NCBI GenBank assembly: GCA_000934665.2
Contig: JYFJ02004475.1
Coordinates: 1-32,063 of the forward strand
DNA from: Catajapyx aquilonaris
Lineage: Eukaryota
Reading direction: 5' to 3'
DNA length: 32,063 nt
Part shown: positions 22,301 through 32,063 of the stretch, one piece after another
Position numbering within the stretch: position 1 is the first letter of the stretch
How the letters are laid out: every line of letters begins with the position of its first letter
Position numbers and translations under genes: made by a program
Notes under the pieces: generated by a model
Told to the model about the DNA's origin: nothing
The model's database searches: none
The model's input: only the letters and a program-made list of their open reading frames with translations

Positions 22301-25300
22301 TACACTACATAGGGTCAGGCACTACCCAAGATTTTTTTTTTTTTTTAAAGTTCCGAAAATATAAGGGAACATGTTGTAAAATGTGCATTTTTGGTTTCAT
22401 TTTTTTTCTCCTGACCTATTGATCTCTGCTACTTGAAAATATTCGGACGTACTACTGATGTCGGCCTTAACACATGTGCCAAAGTTTGTAAAAATTGGAA
22501 TATGTAGGGTGGAATCTGGAATTTTTTTGGGGTGAACTGTCATGGAATTACCCCGGCCCGCCCATATCATGGCAACCTGTTTGTTGTGGGATATGTCTCT
22601 AGAGTGGAGTGAAACAAGTTGACTGTATTATACCACTTATCATATCTGTACAGATGGAGGCATGCGAGTTGGTCGTGACTACCAGGCAGTGATCCCAGAG
22701 TGCATCCCGGCCCCAGATCGTCGGCCTGAACAGTGTCCTGAACGGGCCTTGCTAGTCTGGTCACCCACGGCTGATCTGCCTGACTCCAAACGCGAGTGTG
22801 AGTAGTCCTTAAATCATGATCCATCAATCTTGATGTGCTTAATTTGATGAAACATCTAACTTTGCTTCTATAATTATCCTTCCCAGTGGATGAGTACATA
22901 TCATTAGCAAAGGAAAAGTATGGATACAATGCAGAGCAAGCTCTGGGAATGCTGTTCTGGCACAAGCACGACTTGGAGAAGGCCATCCTTGACCTGGCCA
23001 ATTTCACCCCGTTTCCAGATGAGTGGACTGTTGAAGACAAGGTTCTTTTCGAGCAAGCATTTCAGTTCCATGGGAAGAGTTTTCATCGGATTCGTCAAAT
23101 GGTAAATGAACCTAATAAAAGGGGATTTAGCATGTTTTCAGGGTGAGATAAATTCAATGCACAAAAAATAGCAGATGCAAAAAATATTGCTGACCTTTTA
23201 GCAAGTTTCTATACTCATTTGGCTCTTGCCCAATTTAAAATATTTTTCTAAAAGCTAGATTGGAATCTGTTGTGCTGATGATAATGTCATGTCATTTTAT
23301 TAGCTTCCAGACAAGTCAATCGCAAGCCTAGTTAAGTACTATTATTCATGGAAGAAGACGAGAACTCGGACCAGTCTGATGGACCGGCAGGCAAGGCGGC
23401 TGGCCCAGCAGAGGGGTGAAGATGGAAGTGATGGAGGTTCTGAACAGGGTTCCAACAGCGACAGTGAGGGAGATGACAAGCAGGAAGGGGTAAGTTTCAG
23501 AAGGCAGGGAAAGGGGAAGGTATTGTGGCCCCTAGGTGTGGCCCCAAATGGACGTTTTCTTAGAACCAAATGTTTTTTTTTCCTTTTTGGGGGTTATGTT
23601 TTTACCAGTGAATTTTTATCCTGACTCCTAAGGCTCATGCCCTGTGTTTTTTTCTGTTTTTATTTAAGAAAAGGACCATAAATAGAGGTATACGGCGAGA
23701 GAGTGGGCTCTCCTCCTATGTTACTAGTTCCGAAGAGGTAGGACTCACGTATTTATGTGTATTTCTTACTCTTGGAAAAAAAAAAGTTTGAGAGAGAACA
23801 AAAGAGATGAAGGAGAAAAAGAGCTTAAAGCGCTTATCGCGTGGCTTTTTTTGAGAGTGAGTTCCCGTCCCCCTGGCTTCCTTGCACCAAACTTCCACGA
23901 CAACACCCCTCTTGCACCATAGTATCTCGACATGTTTTGCCCATTCCATCGCCCAGTTGCCTCCTATTTGTCCTTTACGCCACTTTTGTTTTCAGTATTT
24001 ATTTTCCTATTCTTAAAAGGCCTGACCCTGTCCTGATGAACTCACCTAAATTTTGCAAAATATGGTCTTTGCAACCCTATACATTATCCTGTATGCTTTG
24101 AGATATGCTTGCCATTATGAGTGGGAGTGTGTGGGTTTCTTGTGCTGGGCACCACTTATTGTGATTACCATTGTGTTATATCCACCACGTTAATATGGTG
24201 GGATAATTCAAATCCAGTTGGGAATTTTTACAACAAAAAGGACACCTACTTTTCAGAAAGTTAGTGTAAAGTTTTGCTTTCATTGGTGGTTTACTTTTTC
24301 ACTGCTACTTATGGGCAGGCTGTATTACTGTTTGCCTGAGTAGAGAAAATGAATTTATCGTGAATGCCAGTGAAAAAAATCAAGGATATGTTCAGCTGAT
24401 AATTTAAAACAAATAGGTGTCTGACAAGAAATTTAATGATAGTTGGTACTTGAAAATTGGAATGCATAAGGAGTGCATTTGATTGAAGTCAATGTTTTCT
24501 TTGCTTCGAGTGTGGTTTAAAAACATATGTATCCGAATTGGCCTTCAACTTGGTGCATTCCAATCATCCCAGTCTTCTGTCAGTTTCGGGTATGGATATG
24601 ATCACTCTTAAGCAGTGCCCATCACATGCTGAATGAAGTTGGGAACAGTTGATTGACGGCTCTTCCATTTTCTCCCTTCCCCCACCCCTGCCCTCAACCA
24701 ATGCAACCGAAGCAGAAAGACCATGAAGGATCCCGCTCGGTGTGTGCAAACTGTGGTGTGTTCTGCACCCATCTGCATGCAACTCCCAAAGGCAACATGT
24801 GTAGCACCTGCTCCCACTATTGGAAGCGCAATGGGTCACTACGACCCACAACGGGACCAATCAAGAGGGAAGGGGCCCCTGCGGGAGGGGCTTCCTCCTC
24901 TGGGTCGGGAGGAACTGGAGCTGCCACGTCTTCCCAGTCACGACACCACCATCCGCACCACCACCATCACCACCATCACCACCACCCACACCATCTCCTG
25001 GTGATGCGGCACAAGAGGAAACCACCCAGGGGAATGTACATCAACCACGATGACCTGGTGGCCATGGCGACAGGACCATCTGGACAGGGTGACGGGATGC
25101 TGAAGGCAATGGACAGGGAGATTGTGTCACTCAAGAGGCAGGTTCAGAACAACAAGCAGATGATCAGCAGCCTGAAGCGGATCACTGGAGAAGGAGTGGA
25201 GGAATTCAGGGTCGATGGAGGCACAGGAAGGGTCAATGCCAGGTGGACCAATGATGAGTTGCTACTGGCAGTGCAAGGTTAGTGACGTTGCCATAGAAAT

Positions 25301-26638
25301 TTCGGCTACAGTTGCTGTTAGGTCACATCTGCCATACTCGGAGGAAAAGCCCTAGCTACAATGTGCAGTACTGTCAACACCCTGATTTTTATGAGATATC
25401 CAAGCTGTGTCTTGTCTACCAATGACAACATTGATTTTTTAATTTTGAATAATGCTGCTGTACAGCTTCATCAGACTGCACATATTAATTTTAATCATTG
25501 CAACTTTTTGTGTCGAGAAAAAAAACTATGTTCATAATGACAGTGAAGTGAAAAGGCCACACAAAAGGCCACAGGACATCACATTCACTTGTGGAGAAGC
25601 ACTACTTTAAAAAAAATTTAAAACCTTTTCTTATTACCACCACCAATTGTGGTCCACACCTTTATGGTAATGTTACAGAGGATGTATTTGAAGTAGTCTA
25701 AATATTAAAAGTCGGTATCCCGCCCACAGTGGAAAATATAGTGCAGTTCAAATGACAACCAGTCCACCAACTGTATTTTGCCACCATTACGAACAAATAT
25801 GGTAAAAATTTGGGCAAGTCTTATTTCCTGTTCTACCTAATTTAATTAATGTCAGAATATGCAACTTTGTCAATAAATGTCCAGTAGTTGACCATCATCT
25901 GCCTATTTTGTGCTCAACTACTGTAAGTGCAGATGACAAGGATTAGTAGATAGTGATGGGATTTGCTATCCCATTTGTGTATTTACATAATCCAGGATAT
26001 ATGATTTGTTGAGGTACTTCATGTTCCAAATGACAGTATTGCTGCCATTGACTGCATGGCAACGATGTGATACTGGTCATGTCATTTGAAACCTGTAAAC
26101 GTCAGAGTTGTTCAGGGAAGGTTCTTAAATACAGGGCACAGCATGTATTTTGAGCCAAGCAAAACACTAATGTTGTGATGGTCCTTGCAGGTGTGCGCAA
26201 ATATGGGAAGGACTTCAAGGCTATCGCAGAGGTGATAGGCACCAAGACAGAAGCCCACCTCCGGTCCTTCTTCGTCAACTACAGGCGCAGATACAACCTG
26301 GATGCTGTGCTTAAAGAGTATGAAGTTGAAAATGGACCGATCGCAAATGATGATGAGAAGGAAACCAAAGGAGAGGCAAAGGGGGAGTCCAAATCGGATG
26401 CCAAGATTGAGGCAAAGGAAGAGAAGGTTTGTGCTATAAATTAATACTTAACTGGCTTTTTATTAACACGATACTTTTCCAGATGGAGGTGGATGCATCT
26501 TCAGGAAGTGATATTGGGACACCAACTCCACCTGGTGCCAATTCACCAATCACAGTAGGTGTGAGTGGTCCAGGCATGGCCCCAGGGGTCAAGCAGGGGC
26601 TAGCCGGTCGAGCAATTGCAGCGCAAGGTGGCAAATGA
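16382..26638 (+). CDS. RCOR: REST corepressor (CoREST/RCOR): ELM2-SANT1-linker-SANT2
   Basis: Inferred exons: 16382-16526 (MVLADRGG...SSDEERE), 22654-22797 (or -22791; [15 protein letters not shown]2), 22887-23101 ([35 protein letters not shown]), 23304-23489, possibly 23669-23737, 24713/24716-25277 ([22 protein letters not shown]), 26191-26426 (RKYGKDF...[12 protein letters not shown]), 26483-26638. Phases are consistent. Confidence 0.95.
18728..18844. mobile_element. Palindromic MITE with TA flanks in RCOR intron 1
   Basis: ~37-bp TIRs AAGGCCGGTATCCTCGTACGAGAATCTCGCATACGAG / CTCGTATGCGAGATTCTCGTACGTGGATACCGGCCTT with one mismatch. TA at 18726-18727 and 18845-18846. Confidence 0.85.
19332..19687 (+). 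mobile_element. tRNA-derived SINE, full length
   Basis: Pol III A box TGGTGCTGCGG (19345-19355), B box GGTTCGATCCC (19388-19398), (ATT)n tail, and 14-bp TSD TACTCATGGGGGGC at 19318-19331 and 19688-19701. A second copy lies at ~22012. Confidence 0.92.
20964..22010 (+). pseudogene. Disrupted transposase remnants (Cys-rich N-terminal part and C-terminal part; catalytic core missing)
   Basis: ORF 20964-21602 has C/H motifs ([26 protein letters not shown]). Fragment 21730-22010 has [13 protein letters not shown] and [13 protein letters not shown], then a frameshifted [11 protein letters not shown]. The two parts are too close together to hold a DDD domain. Confidence 0.65.
22012..22346 (+). mobile_element. 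Second copy of the tRNA-derived SINE, nested in the Sola-like element
   Basis: Colinear with 19332-19687 (CCCACGGATGTTAAG..CCCGGGTTCGATCCCA.CCCGGGGACACCCCCTTCATCT...CACTACCC) and ends in poly-T. The 5' boundary is approximate. Confidence 0.88.
24944..24994 (+). repeat. CAC/CAT coding repeat encoding a poly-histidine tract in RCOR
   Basis: Translates as [17 protein letters not shown] in the RCOR frame. Confidence 0.85.
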
Positions 26639-27143
26639 TGATTACCCCCCCCGCCCTTCGTGCAAGAATCTAGAAGCTAAAATGTCTAGTTCACAATGAG
26701 TTTGCTCAGCAGAAGAGAAAAGAAAAATGAGAATTATTAACGACAAGCCTTATTCAAGTTTCCTTTCAAAAACATCTCGTAGGATTTAGGGGTGCGAATG
26801 TATTTATTTAAACAATCCTTTTTGTTTTCAAGCTTTTGTTTGCATCTTGTGAGTGTCTAGGGAGATGTAGGATTTAATGTGGTAGATGCAATTATTTCCC
26901 TGCCGATAATTAGACTTGTCTCTCTTTTGTTATGTTGTGATTGCGGTACAGATAATTTTTTTTCCTGCCATGTACGTGTGCGCGTAGGTTAACACCAATG
27001 TTTGCTGCAAGAACCAGTCAGAGTCAATGTACACACATCATTAGCTGTTGTTTTCTTTTTTCCTTCTTGACTTTACTCCCATTCCAAGTCGTTTCATGGA
27101 AAATACATAGTCTAATTTAATTCCATAATGAAATGTATATTTA

Positions 27144-27189
27144 AATAAAAATGTATGCAAGTAAGCACAACAAAACCCTCTCATTTAAT
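27144..27189. terminator. Opposed poly(A) signals of RCOR (+) and PHF10 (-)
   Basis: AATAAA at 27144-27149 (+) and ATTAAA at 27184-27189 (-), between the two stop codons (26638 and 27291). Confidence 0.5.
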
Positions 27190-27290
27190 ATCCATCATTT
27201 AGCTCTCAAGCATGCACCTTGCATTCTGAACATGGAATATGTCACTGAAGAAAACTGGTTGGGGAATAGCATTTTATGTACAGTTGGGTC

Positions 27291-30200
27291 TCAACGCTTC
27301 GGGAGTGTTTCAAGTCGACTCTGAAGCAGCTGCTGCAGTGTCTTTGGAATGTTTGCGATTTTGCGCATAGCAGCTGCCTTTGCTGCTGCCTTGCTTTGGG
27401 TGCCTTTGACAGTGCATGGTTCGCATATGAAGTTTGGTGTTTTGTCTGGGTCCAGTGCGTTCCCAAGGCAATCTGGAAAACAGTTGGGATTAGTCTGGTG
27501 TGAAAGTGGACTAATAACAGTGGTAATACCTGCATGGTAGCCCTTGTGGCACAAGGTGCAGGGAACAACTTTGTCCTCCTCGTAGTTGTTCCAGCATCTG
27601 TAGCATGTAGGACAGTACTTCTTGTTGCGCCACAGTCTTCCACAGTTGGCACACAAGGTCTGGGCATACACTCTGGACCCATCCTTTGCCCTCTTGTACT
27701 GAAATGTAGGGTTGTACAGCATTGCCAAGCGTTATTATAAAATGTGCACACATACCTCGTGCTGCCATTCACTGCTTCTTTCACCTTCAGGCCCACCAGG
27801 TTCCCTGCTCCCACATGACCCGCACCTTGCACATTCTTGGCAGTGCCAGCGACCCATGGGGACTTTGCGCAGACCAACGCAATAAATGTGGTACCTACAA
27901 AATGTTAGAAGTAATGCAAACTACAGACTCAACCTGCAACCACCTGTAAGAATGTGGCCTCATTCAGACAAAGAGCATTTTCTTGGTAAGCCACGTCAAT
28001 ATCTAACAAACCATCGTTCTGATATCAATTCACTAGAGAGTAGCAGCAACCTGAGCAACCTTACTTCTCATGTGCACGGGCTGGTGGAACTCCTCTACCA
28101 ATCAAAATGGGTTGTCTCTCCCCCATCCCCCTCCCCCTAACCATTCTACTCTCACGTGACGGCACACAACTTCCTGGAACATAAGTGGTCCTAATGTGCA
28201 TGAGCTGGACAACCCTACCCAACTTTCAAAATTTGCTGGCCTGGAAGTCAGTATGTCTGAACAATCTGGCCCCTCTCAATCTGGTGGTCGTCTTGGTTGG
28301 TTGAATTGAGGCCAGTGTCTCCAGCACTGCTTGGATTCAACTTTAACTTGGCCACATAATGGAAGATTCCTCACCCTCTCACTCCACATGCCCTCTTTTA
28401 AGCAACAAAACAAGACTGACAAAGTTGGACATTTGCCAGGGTAAGAAAATTTTTAAAACTTGGGATTAATTGGTTTGGTAATTTAAGCATCGAGATATTT
28501 CCTACGCACTGCAGATTTCCCCCTTAATGTAAATATGGTATAACAAGTGTTTTCCAGTGTTGCGTTAATTACGGTGCTCATGAGCATGCAAAGCGTCAAT
28601 CTAGAAAGACATTACCGTGGCCACACCAAGCTAGTCGAGGCTTTTCTGAGTGTATGCAGCAGGACTTACCCTCGATCGCACATGTCGCAGAACAGCATTT
28701 TGTCCTCGTCAGCAGGATCCTTACACTCAATGCAAGTTTTGCAGTCAGTGCACTGCCAGTCATAGGACTTGATATGTGGCACCATCTCTGAAGTGAGGTC
28801 CAGGCAGGACGGGTGCCCGCTAGACTCACACTGGGAGCAGTGGATCATTGCCTCGGTCTTCCCTTCCTTGTTGTGGCTCCTGTCCCCACTGCAAATCTTG
28901 CACTTCGCATCTGGCTTCTCGTCTGGCTCGAGCTCTGGTAACTCCACAGCAACGGCTGCCTTCTGCGTCTCGGCTGTCGACCCCGTCTCTTCTGTGTCAC
29001 GGGTGCCTTCACTTGAGGAACTGGCAGTTCCAAAGCAGGAGAAGGGAGGAGGGGCTATTGTTCGCTTCTTGTCAAAAATCTCCAGTGATGAGGTAAGACG
29101 GGAAGCAAGGTGGGGTGAGGCTCATATAGCATAATACGCAGACAGACAGAGAGTACATAATGGAAGAGCCTACCGCCAAGAAAGAGGTGAACCAAAGTGG
29201 CCGAAAATGTTGCAAAGTTTGTGCATTGGTAATTGCTGATTTCAGCCTTATGTTAGTGAGAAAACCTGAAATTTATCATAATATAGTTACTGCCAATGGT
29301 GCAATACATCATAACTGGGCTCATCTTTGAAAATTAATATGGTATCCGGCACGTACAACATTCCCCGTCCACTGTCGTGTGTTCACAAATGCATTGATGT
29401 TTTCACTAGCAAGAAGTAACTGGCAGTCGTCAAGTTATCGTTAAGAAGCATAGGAGTCACATCCTTCTTTCTAAAAATAACAGTGTGAGATTGTCCCTTA
29501 ATTCTAGCTAATGAAAACCACCTCGGGCCAGGGAATCTTGCATCCATTGCAGTGTTCCTGTGGAACTGCTGCTCCGTAACATGTGAACTGGCGATGCTGA
29601 CATTGTACCTGACAGTTTACGCGTAGTATTGCATAGACAGGTGACAAAGAAGTAGCAGGATGAACATCTGATTTCAGGTTTTGACACAAACGTGCAGTCA
29701 CAAGCCTAGAGCGTTCCAAATCTAGCAAAGGGCACTCAAACCAAATACTCTACAACCAAATTTCAAAACTGTGTATTTACAACAAAAGTGCATGAAAAAG
29801 AGGTGGGTCTACAAACAGTCCCCCAACTTGGTAAAAAGTGAACACAATAAAACTACCACACTTGAATCAAGATCACAACTGAGATGCTCTCTCTCCAAAG
29901 AAAAAAAGAACAATAAAGAAACAGAAACGAGTCGAATTATGTATCACAACAGTGGCGACTCATCACCTCTCTGAGACCGAGAAATCCCAGCAGCTTCAAA
30001 TGCCTATGAACCCACAAGTAGCTTTGGCCTCCACAAGTACGGCACTACAGCTCTGTCAGATTTGCAGGCAGCTGAAGCAGCTAACTTGCAATTTGCACAG
30101 CCTCGGACAAGCGAAGAGCCGCCACTGAATCAGAAAGCTGCCAACCTTGACTCGTCAGAGGAACTAGAGTCGTCAGAATCGGATTGACTAACGTCCGACT

Positions 30201-31908
30201 CCATCGTGGCCTGCTCCTTCGGGGTCATGGGTCCGTACATCACTGTGTTCAGGGGGAAATAGCGTAGCTCATTTGGGGTGTACCTAGAAAACAACATCAT
30301 TATTAGTGAAACGATTCACATTCTTGTACCACAAGAAAATTTTCACAACACTTACGACTTGTAGAAGTCACAAAACTGTCCTGGAATGAGGGCCACAGGA
30401 TAATTCCCGACATTGGTGTTCTCCTTGATGTACTTCTTGGTCTCTCCAACTGGGTAATGAACCGTAAAGCTCTGAAGATCGAAACAGCAACGGCGTTCTT
30501 CCTTCCTCTCTTTGTTCAGTGATGAGTTCCACGATGCTGCTGACTTGGTGGCCTTTGACCTGTACTCCTGCACCTTATTCTTCTCAACACTGGCATAGCT
30601 TGCCTTCTGCTTTGATGCAAACTCTTTGTCCTTCTTCGTCCGGACTGTCTTATGATACTCTTCATACTTCTCGGAGAAATCATTGAACATGATGTCAAGG
30701 ACCTCACTACTGCGCAAAGCTGTCAGGCCTGCATGGAAGGAAGAGTAATAATCAATAATGTTGTTAGTGTTGAAAAAACACTGCATGAAAAATAGCATAT
30801 GGATGCTTGTCCCCAAGTAATAGTGCAACACTACTTGGGCTAATACAGAGCTCATCCAATAACTACAGTTTATGGGATCATGGTGACACTATATGGACAC
30901 CATGAGCCCATAAACTGTAGTTATTTGGTGTTTTCATCATAAGATTTTGTAATGATATTGGTGAAGAAAATCTTACCAAGGTCACAGAGTGTCTCAGACA
31001 CAACGTTCTTGTCCCTGAGGTACGCCTTCTCCTCCGCCTCAACTGGCCTACGCTTGAGGTCTGGATACTTGCGCTTAAAGGACTTGATGCCGAGGAACTC
31101 GCACACTTGCTCCTGCAGCATGAAGTGATCAGCTGCCTTGTCATTCAAGGGCCAGGAGTACTCCACCAGCATGTCCGCTGTGAACACCTGGTTGCTATCT
31201 GCGTCAAACACTTCATGGCGAGGCTTCTTCTTCACACTACTTGCTGTGCTCCCTCTGGACTCCTCATCATTTTGGACTGGCGCTAAGAAAATGCGGATAA
31301 AAATTATTAAGGCCAGAGATGACTAGATAAACACAAATTATTCAGTAAGATGATCAATATAAAGACAGTCTTACGTTGGTCCTAGTAACAGACAAAATTG
31401 CACATGGGTGTATGCAATACAATTAACTTCTTACTGTATCTTCCAGAATGGTTCAATATAAGCTACTCATATCCATCTCTACCTTGACCGCCCAAGTCTT
31501 TTAAATACCATTCACTTTGTACATGCATATTCTGTAGGAAATAACTTTCCATCAACTGGATTGTGCATGCTAGGGGTTTCTACATCATTTTGGGGGGGAC
31601 TGTACCTGCAGGGGTTTTGTTATCAGCCGAAGGAATTGGAATTTCACTGAGGCGCACGCCTTTGAACCCTTCTGATTGGGGCCCTTCTGTGACAGCTAGT
31701 ATGTGGGATGACAAAAATTGTGCAGTTATCATGGCAAATGATGGTTTCTCAGAAATTCTGTGCTCTCTCTCACCTGAAGCTGCGCTACGTGATGGCGTCT
31801 GTGGCCGACTGCTGTTCTCGGCACTCATTCTGGTCTCCTCCTCAAATATCTGCAGAGGTTGCTTCTTCTCCGCCTTGGGCTTCTTCTTCTCTGGCTTTTC
31901 TCCTTTCT
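27291..31908 (-). CDS. PHF10: PHD finger protein 10 (BAF45a / SAYP, PBAF subunit), 5'-truncated by the window end
   Basis: SAY-domain motifs ([43 protein letters not shown]) and a double PHD ([37 protein letters not shown]). Inferred exons (minus): 31908-31774, 31282-30977, 30728-30356, 30283-30146, 29020-28670, 27894-27756, 27698-27530, 27472-27291. Phases are consistent. Confidence 0.93.
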
Positions 31909-32063
31909 CTAAAAAATCATGCATATAATTTTACAAATGTAAGGAGTAGTAACAATTTATACTATAGGCTGGTTCCATTTCAATCCAGACGGAGGGTGCC
32001 CAGTCATGGTCTTCGATTTAAAAAAAAAATATATATGTGAAACCCACATCCAATTGAACCCTT

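Larger units (their letters stand above)
19944..22553 (+). mobile_element. Internally deleted Sola2-like DNA transposon with long TIRs
   Basis: ~200-bp imperfect TIRs (19944-20142 vs 22349-22553) starting GGGTAATTCCATGACAGTTCA, with imperfect 4-bp TSD CGAC/CGGC. Contains transposase remnants. Family assignment is from recalled motif similarity, not a search. Confidence 0.78.

Noticed and set aside
29857..29892. Possible 36-nt in-frame cassette exon in PHF10 after a pyrimidine tract
   Set aside because: Weak GAG acceptor and weak donor, and the hydrophobic peptide does not fit the acidic linker.

Overview
Eukaryotic, intron-containing genomic DNA from an arthropod, most likely an insect (H4 starts MTGRG, H2B starts MPPKTSGKAA, insect-type CoREST and PHF10). 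From left to right it contains a replication-dependent core histone quartet (H2B cut by the window edge <-, H2A ->, H3 <-, H4 ->; 3' stem-loops on the three complete genes; no H1 visible). It then has an 11-coding-exon DPH6 (-) with C-terminal RidA-like domains, a divergently transcribed REST corepressor gene (RCOR/CoREST, +), and the 3' part of PHF10/SAYP (-), which meets RCOR tail-to-tail. Spacers and introns carry a hAT MITE with a perfect 8-bp TSD, a pogo/Tigger-like MITE, two hairpin MITEs, two copies of a tRNA-derived SINE and an internally deleted Sola2-like transposon with ~200-bp TIRs. I see no clear new biological system. The best candidates for unreported biology are a spliced three-exon uORF/micropeptide in the DPH6 leader, a GATA-like zinc finger with a poly-His tract and a probable cassette exon in CoREST, tandem GC/GT splice donors, a frame-preserving intron inside an extra PHF10 PHD finger, and the histone promoter and 3'-processing motifs. 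All gene models are manual inferences with no transcript data or database searches.
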